Shown here: piece after piece, positions 63,996 through 64,000 of the stretch
How the letters are laid out: each line of letters opens with the position of its first letter
How positions within the stretch are numbered: position 1 is the stretch's first letter
From: Pirellulaceae bacterium
GTDB lineage: Bacteria; Planctomycetota; Planctomycetia; Pirellulales; Pirellulaceae
Direction: 5' to 3'
Assembly: GCA_045565995.1 (NCBI GenBank)
Contig: JBJLEF010000001.1
Location: forward strand, 1,590,182-1,654,181
DNA length: 64,000 nt
Notes under the pieces: generated by a model
Told to the model about the DNA's origin: nothing
Database searches by the model: none
What the model saw: only the letters and a program-made list of their open reading frames with translations
Translations under genes and position numbers: made by a program

Positions 63996-64000
63996 TGCTT

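Overview
This 64 kb window most likely comes from a Planctomycetota-type chromosome. The evidence is an ECF sigma factor followed by a Ser/Thr kinase, a PVC-type dehydrogenase/HEAT/cytochrome c protein, a sulfatase, and a giant dockerin-bearing surface protein whose N-terminus carries an LExLExRxLL motif. About a third of the window (4107..24305) is one 6732-aa ORF. It encodes a modular exoprotein with two HExxH zincin motifs, parallel beta-helix blocks, two PPC-like domains, a GEVED-like domain, 6-7 tandem cadherin/VCBS-like repeats ending in VNDAP, a C-terminal dockerin pair, and a recurring ~55-aa 'DGxxF...FEF...GNI' module that I do not recognise. Upstream lie an alpha/beta hydrolase, a small unknown protein and a 629-aa SNF2-family helicase. 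Downstream of the giant gene lie the ECF sigma, a kinase with a periplasmic-binding-protein-like sensor, a Na+/dicarboxylate-type (DAACS) symporter and a single-HKD PLD-family nuclease. The most unusual locus follows: a YqiJ/NfeD-like membrane protein translationally coupled to an enlarged flotillin (739 aa), followed on the same strand by a 1767-aa cytoplasmic protein whose only recognisable catalytic unit is one MoxR/dynein-type AAA_5 ATPase domain near aa 1270-1440. The rest is housekeeping and envelope genes: a D-threonine-aldolase-like PLP enzyme, an EamA transporter, an arylsulfatase with a discoidin domain, a PhoD-like phosphatase, a PhyH dioxygenase, an SGNH hydrolase, a non-RD Ser/Thr kinase, a GT39-MT-GT2-MT glycolipid cluster, HIT and Trm112-like proteins, a candidate tRNA-Ser(CGA), a large secreted CBM-like protein, an alkaline-phosphatase-superfamily protein and PlsC. 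I saw no CRISPR array, rRNA or obvious transposase. All functional calls are motif-based readings of the provided translations; no database search was possible.
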